DNA of 63,208 nucleotides, the filler included, from Octopus bimaculoides (Eukaryota): NCBI RefSeq assembly GCF_001194135.2. It is 4 parts of 3 records of this genome, joined end to end, with 100 filler letters (N's around TTAATTAATTAA, not from the genome) between each part and the next. Parts side by side here need not be neighbours in the genome. Positions count along the whole stretch, not along the records: positions 21,491 to 43,448 come from NC_068985.1; positions 43,549 to 63,208 come from NC_068996.1; 2 more parts are not named here. One strand, given 5' to 3'. The position numbers and the translations under genes are program-made. Below, one piece after another: positions 37,735 through 49,696 of this stretch. Position 1 is the first letter of the stretch. Every line of letters starts with the position of its first letter. Under the pieces are notes generated by a model. The model was given only the letters and a program-made list of their open reading frames with translations, searched no databases and had not been told where the DNA came from.

Positions 37735-38950
37735 AAGTGGAGTGCCCAAGTAAATGACTCACCATATTTAGTTAATTTCGGCATTAGCTGCTATATTTAG
37801 TGAAGTAAGTTTATGGTGTATAGTCAAAGATCTTTAGATCAACCTTATCAATTCTGAGTAATATAAATTAGCAGTCAAGGTCAATCTTGTTCGGGTATTC
37901 CCTCCACCAGTTTCTCTTGCTTTTTCCTTTTGTTTATATTACAAATATATATTTTCTCAGAAGTGTTCTTTGTATTACACAAGTGAATGTCCTGCAGGTC
38001 ATTAGATACTACTCTTTACTATCCTCTATTGTTTTGAAAGTATTCTATGTGGTAGATGACCAAAGACCGGTAGTAATATTTTCTCTAAGTTTGTATCTGA
38101 TAAGGTGAGTAAAGCAGTGTCGGTGCACTACCCGACATACAATTGTGAAGACTGGAGGTTTTACAATATAAAGTATTTTCGATATATTTTACAATATACC
38201 GAAAAAAAAAAAATGGAGAGAAAGGAGTAAAGAAAAAGTAAATGGAAAGATAGTAGGGAAGGGAGGTAATCAACAGCACTGAAACTTGGTTTTGTGCCTG
38301 AGTTTGAAACGAATATTAAAAGAGAGGCGCTATGCTGTTTTTCATGAATTATTTAATTCTTGGTCAATGCTCATGTCTAAGTCAGCCAGTATACCATATT
38401 GTTCATTTATTTATTAGTTAATAATTTATTAATACCACAACTTTGGATAGTATGGTGAAAGTTAGGCTTTCATTGATGAGGTCACAATATGGTCGAAACA
38501 TCACTGATGTTGTCTCCCTCACTTACTAAAACAACACTGAAGATATTAGTCAGTGACAAATATTGTTTTTCCTCTCTTCACTATATATGTCTAGATATTT
38601 AAGGGTCTCTGGAGTTAATATGTTAACAACTCACCTCTTTCTTTGTTAACTCTGTTAACTAAATGGTGTTGATATTTAATCAGTATAACACGAACTCTGC
38701 AAAAACCGGCAAATAGTAATTAGAATGAAATAACAGGCTTTTCACATTCAATTTATGACCATTGACAATCCTCTTTTAGCAATGTTACTTACACACCAAT
38801 AGTGTAAATAGTCGAGACAATAGCAACAAAACATCCACCAGGCATCTTATTTTCATAAACGCTTGCACAGCTGTCACCTGGAACAGCCTTCCACATAAAA
38901 TTTCATTGATTCTACATATTGAAACACTGAGGGAAAAAGGAGCAAAATTC
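37735..38950 (+). mobile_element. Possible very old CR1/Jockey-like LINE remnant
   Basis: SGVP(Q)-like motif near 37736 and RHLIFINACTAVTWNSLPHKI near 38840-38900; nothing continuous between them. Confidence 0.25.
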
Positions 38951-39367
38951 TACTTATTTCTGTTTTTGTTTTTAGCAGTGAAAAAAAAAATGCAGTAAAA
39001 CCGAGGAATTATTGAGATTTTCTCTGAAATTCAAACAAATATTCTATTATTTATCCAATGTTTTAAACTGTTGTAACTGTTGTTGTTGCAGCTGTTGTTG
39101 CTGTTGTTGTTGTTGTTTAGTTCTATGTTAAGACCAATGCAGAAAATATATAAAGGCCGTGATTAACCTGGTTTTACTATAAAAGGGTTTAGATTTTTCT
39201 GTATGTTCTTCCTTATTAGTTGCCTGATTTGATTCTTTTACTAGCAAAGCAACCACGTGTGTATGTGTATGTCTACGCGTATGTATGTATGCATATATGT
39301 ATGTATGTGTGTGTATGTATATGCATATCTATCTATCTATTTGTTTCTCTCTCTCTCTCTCTCTCTG

Positions 39368-39398
<31 letters not shown>

Positions 39399-39401
39399 GT
39401 A

Positions 39402-39464
<63 letters not shown>

Positions 39465-39975
39465 ATATATATATATATATATATATANNNNNNNNNNNNN
39501 NNNNNNNNNNNNNNNNNNNNNNNNNNNNNNNNNNNNNNNNNNNNNNNNNNNNNNNNNNNNNNNNNNNNNNNNNNNNNNNNNNNNNNNNNNNNNNNNNNNN
39601 NNNNNNNNNNNNNNNNNNNNNNNNNNNNNNNNNNNNNNNNNNNNNNNNNNNNNNNNNNNNNNNNNNNNNNNNNNNNNNNNNNNNNNNNNNNNNNNNNNNN
39701 NNNNNNNNNNNNNNNNNNNNNNNNNNNNNNNNNNNNNNNNNNNNNNNNNNNNNNNNNNNNNNNNNNNNNNNNNNNNNNNNNNNNNNNNNNNNNNNNNNNN
39801 NNNNNNNNNNNNNNNNNNNNNNNNNNNNNNNNNNNNNNNNNNNNNNNNNNNNNNNNNNNNNNNNNNNNNNNNNNNNNNNNNNNNNATTTCTAATTTTTGT
39901 AATCAGAATGTGTTTCACGGAAATAATATGTTTGCGAAAGGTTGACAGACTTCTTCAGCCAGCTGGTCATGCTAC

Positions 39976-40018
39976 TTCAGGCTGATGACGAGCAAAAACT
40001 CAGAAACATGTCCCTGAA
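39976..40018 (+). ncRNA. Minimal type I hammerhead ribozyme, intact catalytic core
   Basis: Stem I UUCAGG/CCUGAA (6 Watson-Crick bp); CUGAUGA 39982-39988; stem II GAG-caaaaa-CUC closed by C.A; GAAACAUGUC 40003-40012 with palindromic ACAUGU; predicted cut after 40012. Confidence 0.72.
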
Positions 40019-40175
40019 TGCAGGCTAGGCTGGGTGGAGTTTGTCTCCCCCTCGCAAACATAAGGACACAGGAAATGTGTCATGGCCGACAGGAAGTGGT
40101 CCAGCTTCCTAGGGCTAAATAGCAGTAGTATATTCCCTTATTGGGACTGTCATGTTAAGTTGACTGTATACAACT

Positions 40176-40222
<47 letters not shown>

Positions 40223-41017
40223 TAGAAAAAATAAGGTACTCAGAGATCTGGATGGTTGCATAATTACAGATTTTTATTAATATGTCACATGCTTTTATAA
40301 ATCATATATTAGCACTTGCATCTATTCTAGTAGAATCTCCAGATTAAATTTTTTCGAGGGGATTCGTCTCTTTTTATAGTATTATTGAGTGTGTAGGGGT
40401 GGAGAGAGATATATAGGATAGTAAAAGAGGGTGAGGAATGGGGAGAAAGTGAGAGAGAGTGTGTTCTTGTGCATGTGTGTGAGTTTTTGTGTGTGTATGT
40501 GTGTGTGTTTATGTATGTGTATGTGTTTGTGTATGTGTGTGTGTTTGTGTATGTGTGTGTGTTTTTTATGTGTGTACCTGTGTATCTGAAAGGAGTGTCA
40601 ATGGAAAAGAGAAGGAAAGAAAGAAAGAAGGAAGCGAGAAAGAAGAAAAAAATTGTGTTTACATCTATACAGCTGGTCAGTTCTTTCAATAGAAGATGAC
40701 AGGTTGATTCTTGGCCTTTAAAATGGCAAATCCAGGTTGCTATCTAAGGGAAGGGGGCCTTGTTTTGATAAAAGTTATTTTTCAAAAAATTGTCATTATT
40801 GTCCAGTGAGAGCGAGTGGGTGTATTTTTGTGTGTGTGTGCGTGTGTATGCGTGTTCTAATCACAGACCACGAAATACTGTTTACTACCAGTTGACTATA
40901 TAACAGTATATTCAGGAATATTTATCTGAGGATAGATCTAAATAATGGTTCAACTGTTTCATTAATTTCGCATATTATTTAGCTTCATATTCTCCCTCAA
41001 ACTCTGTTTTTCTTGCT

Positions 41018-41117
<100 letters not shown>

Positions 41118-41639
41118 ATAATACATATTATTAGGATTCTGTTCAAATAGTGGTTGTAGGAATCATTAACAAATTAATTAGGAACAATTGTATGCTTAGA
41201 AAAACCATTATTAGCCAATAACTAATATCATTTTAGTTATTTGACTAAATGCGGGAGACAACTCCAGGTATGTTTCACCTTTATTATAACTTCATGAACG
41301 AAACCTGGATTCCACCGTATTTGCTGACGTAGTGATTGGAGCATGAATAAGTAAATGTATAACACTTTACACTGGTTTCTATAGAAATCATTTAACAAAA
41401 TCCAAAATTGACGTTGCTACAAAGAAACCCATTATGAACACTAGGTATTTACCTATGGCTTTGTTAGATTGCACCAGTGTGTTTTAACATGATTCCCCCA
41501 CTCGGCGGATAACGAGGAAAAAGGAAAGATATAATATTCCTGACCGGAAACCTGATCTGAAAGTTTTTAACAGAATTTACTCTATCAAAGGGACCAATAC
41601 CCATTGGTCGTGAGGTTGTATTCTAAGCAAGGAGACATA

Positions 41640-41822
41640 TAAGATCTACAATCCAACTACAATCAACAGAATTTTCGCACAAGTTTTTGTCTACCCAGTT
41701 TCATTAACAAAACTTTGGTCGTTCTGATGCTACAGCAGAAGATACCTAAGGTGCCGTATTGTGGATCGAACTCGCAACCACAAAACTGAGGAGCAAACCT
41801 CTTAATCTTCCGCCATATCTGC
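41640..41822 (-). mobile_element. Degenerate SINE family A 5' part
   Basis: gctacagcagaagatacctaaggtgccgtattgtggatcgaactc is an antisense match to the SINE A head and core. Confidence 0.5.
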
Positions 41823-42419
41823 ACACAAAGCTATGACTTACATCAGTAAAGAAACGTAAAACTGAGAGAATTATGTTATTCTTGTTATAATAAATATAAA
41901 ACCAAATCTTTACATGCCAAACGAAAGTTCTTTAACATGTTTAGAATTGCTTTCTCTTTTATATATATTTGAAGTACAACTGATGCTAAATGAAACATTT
42001 CCTAAGGAATCACTTTCACATTCTATAAATCGTGGTTATGTAAGCAGACTAGAAATGCATGAAACAGATAAAAGAAAAAGGAAGAAAAACGGACATGAAA
42101 CTACATATTCTACATTTCATGCATAAAGAAGCTGATGGAATATGATTCTTCCAGTTCTACATTTTTTGTTATGGATGGTGTTCATCCTTCAATCATAGAA
42201 AAGATGAATATATAAAATAAAAGTTTATGTAATATATAAAATAAAAGTTAACTGGACCATGTATATAAAATATATAAAATAAAATATAGAATATATAAAA
42301 TAAAAGTTAACTGGACCATGTTGAAAGGATGAAAGACGGCTACTGTATTTTATCTCTATGGACCCCACTCCTTTTCACTTGCACATTCAAAATGAATAAT
42401 AATTAATAAATAATTGTTT

Positions 42420-42910
42420 CTAACATAGGCGCACGTCCTGAAATTTAGAAGGGAGGGGTTCACCAATTTAATTTACCTCAGTTATTGACTAGCTTTTCAT
42501 TTTATTGATGCTCGAGGGATGAAAATTGATCTTGGCAGGATTGTAATATTGAACTCGTGATGATTGAAAGCAAAGATGGGATGGTCATGGATGTAACACT
42601 TTTGATTACATGTTTGTTGCTTAATTCCAGGACCAGCATGGAGCACAAGAGCCTATAATGATGATGATAATGATAACGGTAACAACAACAACAATAATCC
42701 TCTCTACTATAGGCACAAGGCCTGAAATTTGAGGACGGGGGATAGACAATTTCATCGACCCCAGTGTTTCACTGGTACTTAATTTATCGACCACGAAAGA
42801 ATGAAAAGCAAAGCCGACCTCGGCGGAATCTGAACTCAGAGCATAAAGACAGATGACATGTTGCTAAGCATTTCGACCGGCGTGCTAACGATTCTGTCTG
42901 CTTGCCAGCT
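42420..42910 (-). mobile_element. Two SINE family B copies (about 42420-42545 degenerate; 42697-42910 near-complete)
   Basis: ggcacaaggcctgaaattt...ggtacttaatttatcgac...gacctcggcggaatctgaactcag...gctaacgattctg. Confidence 0.8.
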
Positions 42911-43101
<191 letters not shown>

Positions 43102-43108
43102 AATAATA

Positions 43109-43448
43109 GAGTCAAAATTAAGTGAAGAGTGCCACTGTTATCTAGTGAACGATATTTTGACATCTCGTGTGTCTTCAACTGGTTCAAAAAATAAATTTGT
43201 CAATCTACTTCATTTTGGTTAATATAGAAAGGATTGAGGTAACTCCTCCTGAAGATATGGAGTCAAAATTAAAAGAAGAGTGCCACTGTTATCTAGTGGA
43301 CGATATTTCGACATCTCGTGTGTCTTCAACTGGTTCAAAAAATAAATTTGTCAATCTACTTCATTTTGGTTAATATAGAAAGGATTGAGGTAACTCCTCC
43401 TGAAGATATAGAGTCAAAATTAAAAGAAGAGTGCCATTTGTTATCTGG
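43109..43448. repeat. 151-bp tandem repeat, about 2.25 copies, ending at a gap
   Basis: gagtcaaaatta starts at 43109, 43260 and 43411. Confidence 0.85.
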
Positions 43449-45123
43449 NNNNNNNNNNNNNNNNNNNNNNNNNNNNNNNNNNNNNNNNNNNNTTAATTAA
43501 TTAANNNNNNNNNNNNNNNNNNNNNNNNNNNNNNNNNNNNNNNNNNNNGCTTTTTAATAAAGTATATTACTCTACCTTCGGTATTCAAGTACTATTTTTT
43601 CTACCTTATTTCGCATTTATGTGCTTACTCTGGTACACACACACACACACACACACTCACACACACACACACACACACACGCACACAAGTATACATATTT
43701 GCATGCATATATGTATTTATGTCTGTGTAGTAGCGAATGTAGTTTAAGAATGCCTTAAAGGGAAATGATTTGATTTTGTAGGGAATGAAATACAGATCAC
43801 GTAAGCATGTATGATTCAATCAGTGAATCGGTCGCCTGTCTTCCTTTTTGTTTGTGCTCATGTCTGATTCTCAACCTACTTTCCCCTAGCCAGGTTATAA
43901 CGAAAAAAACATTAAGCTATAATGAAAAAATATGTGATTTCTTTTCAGAAATCTTATTGTAAGTATGCTTCTGTGGATGTAAGCATGCTTGTAATTGCAT
44001 GCGTGAATCTATGTTACCACCTATGTATGTACACACTTTCATGTTTGTATGCCCATACGTGCGTATGCGTGCATACCACCGGCTAGAATTCTGCAATATT
44101 AAATATTTTTTATAGCACCATTAGTGTCTTGTATTGGTAATTTCTTAATTCACTGTTCCCTTACTGTATTTGCAAAGCATTTCAAGAATGGGTGCTGAGA
44201 CAGTTAGATACATAACCAATTGTCCCAACAATAATGAGTATAAATTTAAATGTATTGACCAGGTGAAGAGTTTGCAGACTTTTATTTATTAGTTCGTCAT
44301 AACAATATTTTTTCTGATTCTTAAAGTTATGTGAATAATTGCTGGGTACGTGATTTCGTTTCTTTTCTCGTCCGGACTGCCATGCATATATCTTACTGAA
44401 GTTTTGATAGGGACATTTCACTTGTTTCGTTCGTAACAAACTTTCAATTAAAAAATTAAATTTCATAGTTATTCCAGTAATGGAACATCTACGACAAATC
44501 TAAAGCCAACATTAATTCGATTCATAAAATATTCATTGGAATATACATGTACTTCATCATAAATAACATATATTTAAAGCCTTCAAAGGCTGCCGATTAC
44601 ATATAAATAGCATTATCACAAAGGTTCATCTCAAAGTCTTGAAATTCTCCTCAAGGTTAATAGATAATTCATACAAATCAATTGAATACATTTACAAAGC
44701 TTAAAATAAGACTGGCATTGACGTACTACAATCTGAGATTGTTCTGCTGCGCTAATACTTCAAACCAAATCCAAAAGGTATCCCACTGATTGAATCAGAT
44801 TCAATCCCCAATAGGTTACAACCACATCTTATAGGCGTACCCTTACCTCTAGATTTTTCTTCTGTTACTACTGCAAACTTTTCAACTAAACCCCGCTAAT
44901 ATGAGTAGTCTCTTTTTTTCTGTCACTCTTATTATCTCGTACTAAACACTTCATCAGCACTTTCGCATCAAAAATTGATAAAATCTTCCTCGTTCACGAT
45001 ATTCAAACAGACGAAAGATTTTCCAGGTAAATCTAACTAGTTCGAGAAAGCTTGTAGATATCATGGCAGTTGGGGTGCATCGGTGGATCACTTTATTTAT
45101 ATATACATTTTATATATTTTATA

Positions 45124-46077
45124 TCTTATATATAAATGGCAATTTCTGTTTGTCTGTCACCATCTTGCTGCCAGGGAACTAATTTTCAGCAAACTTTGTA
45201 TAATGTTGAATTAATATTCAGTTCAATTATAGGCTAATTGGATTTCAATAAAAATCGATAATGGACCGACTACGGGGTTTGGGTTATTACGTGATGAAAT
45301 GAGAGGGGTGCAAAAGTGTGTGTGTGTGCCTATCTTCCTTATGTATTCGAAGACTGAGTTTGACATATGGGGTATCAAAAGATTCAGTAATCTTACGACT
45401 TCAAATAAACTTTGTTTTCATTTACATATTTGCATTAAAAGATTTTACATTCTAATCTTTTCTATAAGTCAACTACCGTAAAATTTCATACCGCGCCAAC
45501 GACGACGACGACGACAATGTCACATTTTCTATATGAGTGTGTACCTTAAAAGACATCCATTTCTCTATATGTTATGACGAAATAAGTCACTCACTCTCTC
45601 TCTCACATACACACCCACACGCATGCGCGCGCACACACACACGCACACACGTCCATTTCATATACACCTGCATACATCTTCACTTTCTCCTCTTTCACTT
45701 TCTGCTCTCTTCAAAGCATTAAGAAATAAGAAAATTTTAAGGAAATTAACGAATACATTCGTAAACTGAGTTGCCGATTTTGACGTATGGGGTATCAAAA
45801 GATCCAGTAATCTTTCGGCTAAAAATAAACTCTATTTTCATTTACATATTTGTATTACAGAAATTTAACATTACAATCTTTCTATAATTCACATATCTTA
45901 AACAACGGCGTCACATTTTCTATATGAGTGTGTACCTTAAGACGTCTATTTCTCTATATGTTATGACGAAATACAGTCACTTAATTTCTCTCTCACATGC
46001 ACACGCACACATACATACAAAAAATGTAAGCATATGTATTTATGTATGTGTATATGAAAGATAATGTGTGTGTGTGC

Positions 46078-46109
<32 letters not shown>

Positions 46110-46123
46110 GAGGGGGGGAGAGA

Positions 46124-46159
<36 letters not shown>

Positions 46160-46545
46160 AAGAGAGCAAGAAAGCGGGAGAGCGAATGAGTGCGACTTAA
46201 ACATAGATGCAAAAAATACATGCATGACAACACATACCTTCACTCACTTTCTCTCTCTCTCTATCGCACATACACATACGCACACATGCACACACACTCG
46301 TGGATTTCATATACACGCACATACATCTTTCACTTTCTCCTCTCTTTCATTTTATGCTCTCACTTCAAAGCAAATGTCACTTTTTCACTTTCTCCTCTCT
46401 TTCAATTTCTGCTCTCTTCAAAGCATAAAGAAAAAAAAATTACGGAAATTAACGAACAATCATACGATCCCATATGATTGACCATATGATCGAGTTGACA
46501 ACTTTCCTGCTTCAAACAAAATAATGCCATAAAATAACTTCCTTT

Positions 46546-46581
<36 letters not shown>

Positions 46582-47668
46582 GTAAAACTTTTATATGAAT
46601 TATGTTCTTTCTTGCTATGTGCAGACACAAAATTACAGCTCAAATCCAATTGAAATCACCTTTTTCTATTCTGCAATTCATATTTGTGATGAGTGTATTC
46701 AAAAACCTGATCTTCGATATAAATTTGAAAGGAAATTCTCTCAGAAATTATGTCCTTCACCGGTTGTTTCTAGCATGTCCGAGGTGACATTTGCGCCCCA
46801 CCCCCACTGATTNNNNNNNNNNNNNNNNNNNNNNNNNNNNNNNNNNNNNNNNNNNNNNNNNNNNNNNNNNNNNNNNNNNNNNNNNNNNNNNNNNNNNNNN
46901 NNNNNNNNNNNNNNNNNNNNNNNNNNNNNNNNNNNNNNNNNNNNNNNNNNNNNNNNNNNNNNNNNNNNNNNNNNNNNNNNNNNNNNNNNNNNNNNNNNNN
47001 NNNNNNNNNNNNNNNNNNNNNNNNNNNNNNNNNNNNNNNNNNNNNNNNNNNNNNNNNNNNNNNNNNNNNNNNNNNNNNNNNNNNNNNNNNNNNNNNNNNN
47101 NNNNNNNNNNNNNNNNNNNNNNNNNNNNNNNNNNNNNNNNNNNNNNNNNNNNNNNNNNNNNNNNNNNNNNNNNNNNNNNNNNNNNNNNNNNNNNNNNNNN
47201 NNNNNNNNNNNNNNNNNNNNNNNNNNNNNNGAGTGTTTCTTTAAGAAAAATTAAACTTTTTAAAGTTTAATTTTTATATTCTTTTAAGAATATATATATT
47301 TCCCAGATTCGCAAACTCTGTATTTTCCAACATGGATAAAAAAAAATCGTAAAAAAGTTACAAATTAAGAAATTGCAGTGAATACCGGGGGAAACTAAAA
47401 CTTTGAAAATGTGATTTCTGGGCAAAATCGTATTAACCCCCTTTTATACGATGAAACAATACATAGTTTGTGATCCTTCTTATGATCAGAAAGCACTTTC
47501 ATGCAAACTCATGCAAATTGTAGCCCCCTTCACTTTTAAACAAACAAAATTTCCATTACGCTAGTAATCCAGTTCACTATATATCAGATGTGCTAATTCT
47601 ACCCGTAAGAAAGGAACAAATAATACAATAGGTCATAACACTCGGGCAACGCCGGGATGCATTGTTAG
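45124..47668 (+). mobile_element. Non-autonomous Helitron with internal tandem duplication
   Basis: A|TC 5' end with tcttatatataaatggcaatttctgtttgtctgtc; 3' hairpin cgggcaacgccggg then GTTAG|T; PFTFKQTKFPLR* near 47525 resembles the helicase motif F.FKRRQFP.RLA. Confidence 0.7.
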
Positions 47669-48256
47669 TATAAATATACTATCCAAAATGACCGCTGTAC
47701 AAAATTAACAATATCCAAGATGACCACAGTAACTTCATTATTTTGTTGATCACGAAGGTATGAAAAGCAACGTTGGCCCGGAACAAATACGGCAAGCCTT
47801 TTTCTCCTAACTCTAAGGACGCGACCAATTTACCACCAAAATTGTTGTCGTTCTTGTTTATCTCCAATGCAGCGCTGATTGAACAGACTAATGATCAAGG
47901 ATATTCCATTTGTCAGCATCGTCTACTTATTTTCTTGGTACAGCGTATTTCGGACTATATGTTCTAATCTGTCGAACGGCTGTGTTTTGAGGGAGATTTA
48001 GCTTCTATTTCTTGAAGTTCGAGCAACAACGTAGAATCTCTTGTTGGATCCTTATAATAGATTTTCTTCATAGCTTTGTTTCAAGCAAAGTTCAAGCACA
48101 GTATGATATTGAGAAGCAATAGTGCTTAGCTGTTTTGATGGTGGTTGCAAGGAAGATGAGAATCGCGAGGATGACGTTGACGATGTTGTTGCTGATAATG
48201 GTGAAAGTAAGGATAATGATGGTGATAAAGATGATAACGATGATGATGATGATAAC

Positions 48257-48289
<33 letters not shown>

Positions 48290-49106
48290 AGCGCTGAAGA
48301 TGATAGTAATGATGATGATAGCGATGATGATAATGGTAACGCTGAAGACCATGGCAATGTTAATGTTGATAACGATGATAGCAAAGTCCATAGTGATGAT
48401 GATGACGATGATGTTGATGATGATGATGATGGTGGTGGTAGAGGGGATGATTACTATTATCACGCTGATAGTGATAATGGTGAGAAGTATGTTGATGATG
48501 ATAAAAATGGTGACGACGATAACGAGGCGAGGTTCGTTCTTTTTGTTTTTCTTATTCTAAAATCCAATTACACGAAAGTCGATAGGCTATTTTCCACTTA
48601 CACTTTGCCCTTTCTTCATCTTCTGACCCTTTTCTCTTGTTCTCTCCCTTTTTTACTTTTCTTTTCTATCTTGTTGTTTTCACCAACTCCCATCCCAACA
48701 TGGCATGGCATAACACACTGGTTAAAAGAATGATAAATTGAGAGGTCTTCAATTCGAACGAAAGCATAACAATCACATGTGGGTATTACTTAAAACCGTT
48801 CGTTTGTCAAAATAAAATAAAAAGAACATACAATATGCAAAGAACAGCAATTGATTATGGTATTTGTTTCTTGTAACTACATAGAGTGAAAACTTATATT
48901 AGGAAATTTTGGCCCGTATTAATTTGATGATTCCGAGGTAATAATATAAGATTGTAATACAACAACGATATGGATTTGGCAAAATAAAGGAGTGGAATAA
49001 ACAGCAACTAAAATAACAAACTCGGAAGATAAGAAAGAACAAGACTGAAAATAGGATTTGACACAAGTTTGAACAAATCAGATATTGCAACTGAAGTACA
49101 GCTGTA

Positions 49107-49158
<52 letters not shown>

Positions 49159-49159
49159 G

Positions 49160-49353
49160 TTTTCTGATTTAGGCACAAGGTCAGCAATTTTCATGGTTGG
49201 AGGGCCTATCATTACCATTGATATCAGTACTGATACTTTATTTCATCGACTCCAGTCATGAAAAGCAGAATTGACATTGACCGGGTTTGAAGCCAATACG
49301 TAATTAAAACAAATAGCTTAATAATAATGATAGTAATATTGATGATGATGATG

Positions 49354-49406
<53 letters not shown>

Positions 49407-49620
49407 CCTTTTTCCTATAGGCACAAGGCCTGAAATTTTGGGGGAGGGGGTCAGCCCATTAGATCGACCTCAGTACGTAACTGGTACTTAATTTATCGAC
49501 CCCGAAAAGACGAAAGGCAAAACTGACCTCGGCGAAATTTGAAATCAAAACGTAAAAACGGACGAAATATCGCTAAGCATTTCGTCCGGCGCCTTAACGA
49601 TTCTGCCAGCTCGCTGCCTT
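49160..49620 (-). mobile_element. Two SINE family B copies separated by (ATT)n (49160-49320 partial; 49405-49620 full)
   Basis: Minus-strand head aaggcagcgagctggcagaatcgttaaggcgccggacgaaatgcttagcg. Confidence 0.85.
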
Positions 49621-49637
49621 AAATAATGATGAGAATG

Positions 49638-49693
<56 letters not shown>

Positions 49694-49696
49694 CCT

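Noticed and set aside
37997-38103. Apparent exon CAG|...ATAAG|GTGAGT
   Set aside because: No partner exon or recognisable product, and it lies in a possible old LINE remnant.
38473-38505. TTGATGAGGTCA...TGGTCGAAACATC hammerhead-like motif
   Set aside because: C3 is lost, stem II is weak and there is no stem I; at best a dead relic.
48122-48733. 203-aa Asp-rich ORF
   Set aside because: A cryptic (GAT)n repeat lacks stops in this frame; no non-repetitive domain or splice support. The same applies to 42910-43125.
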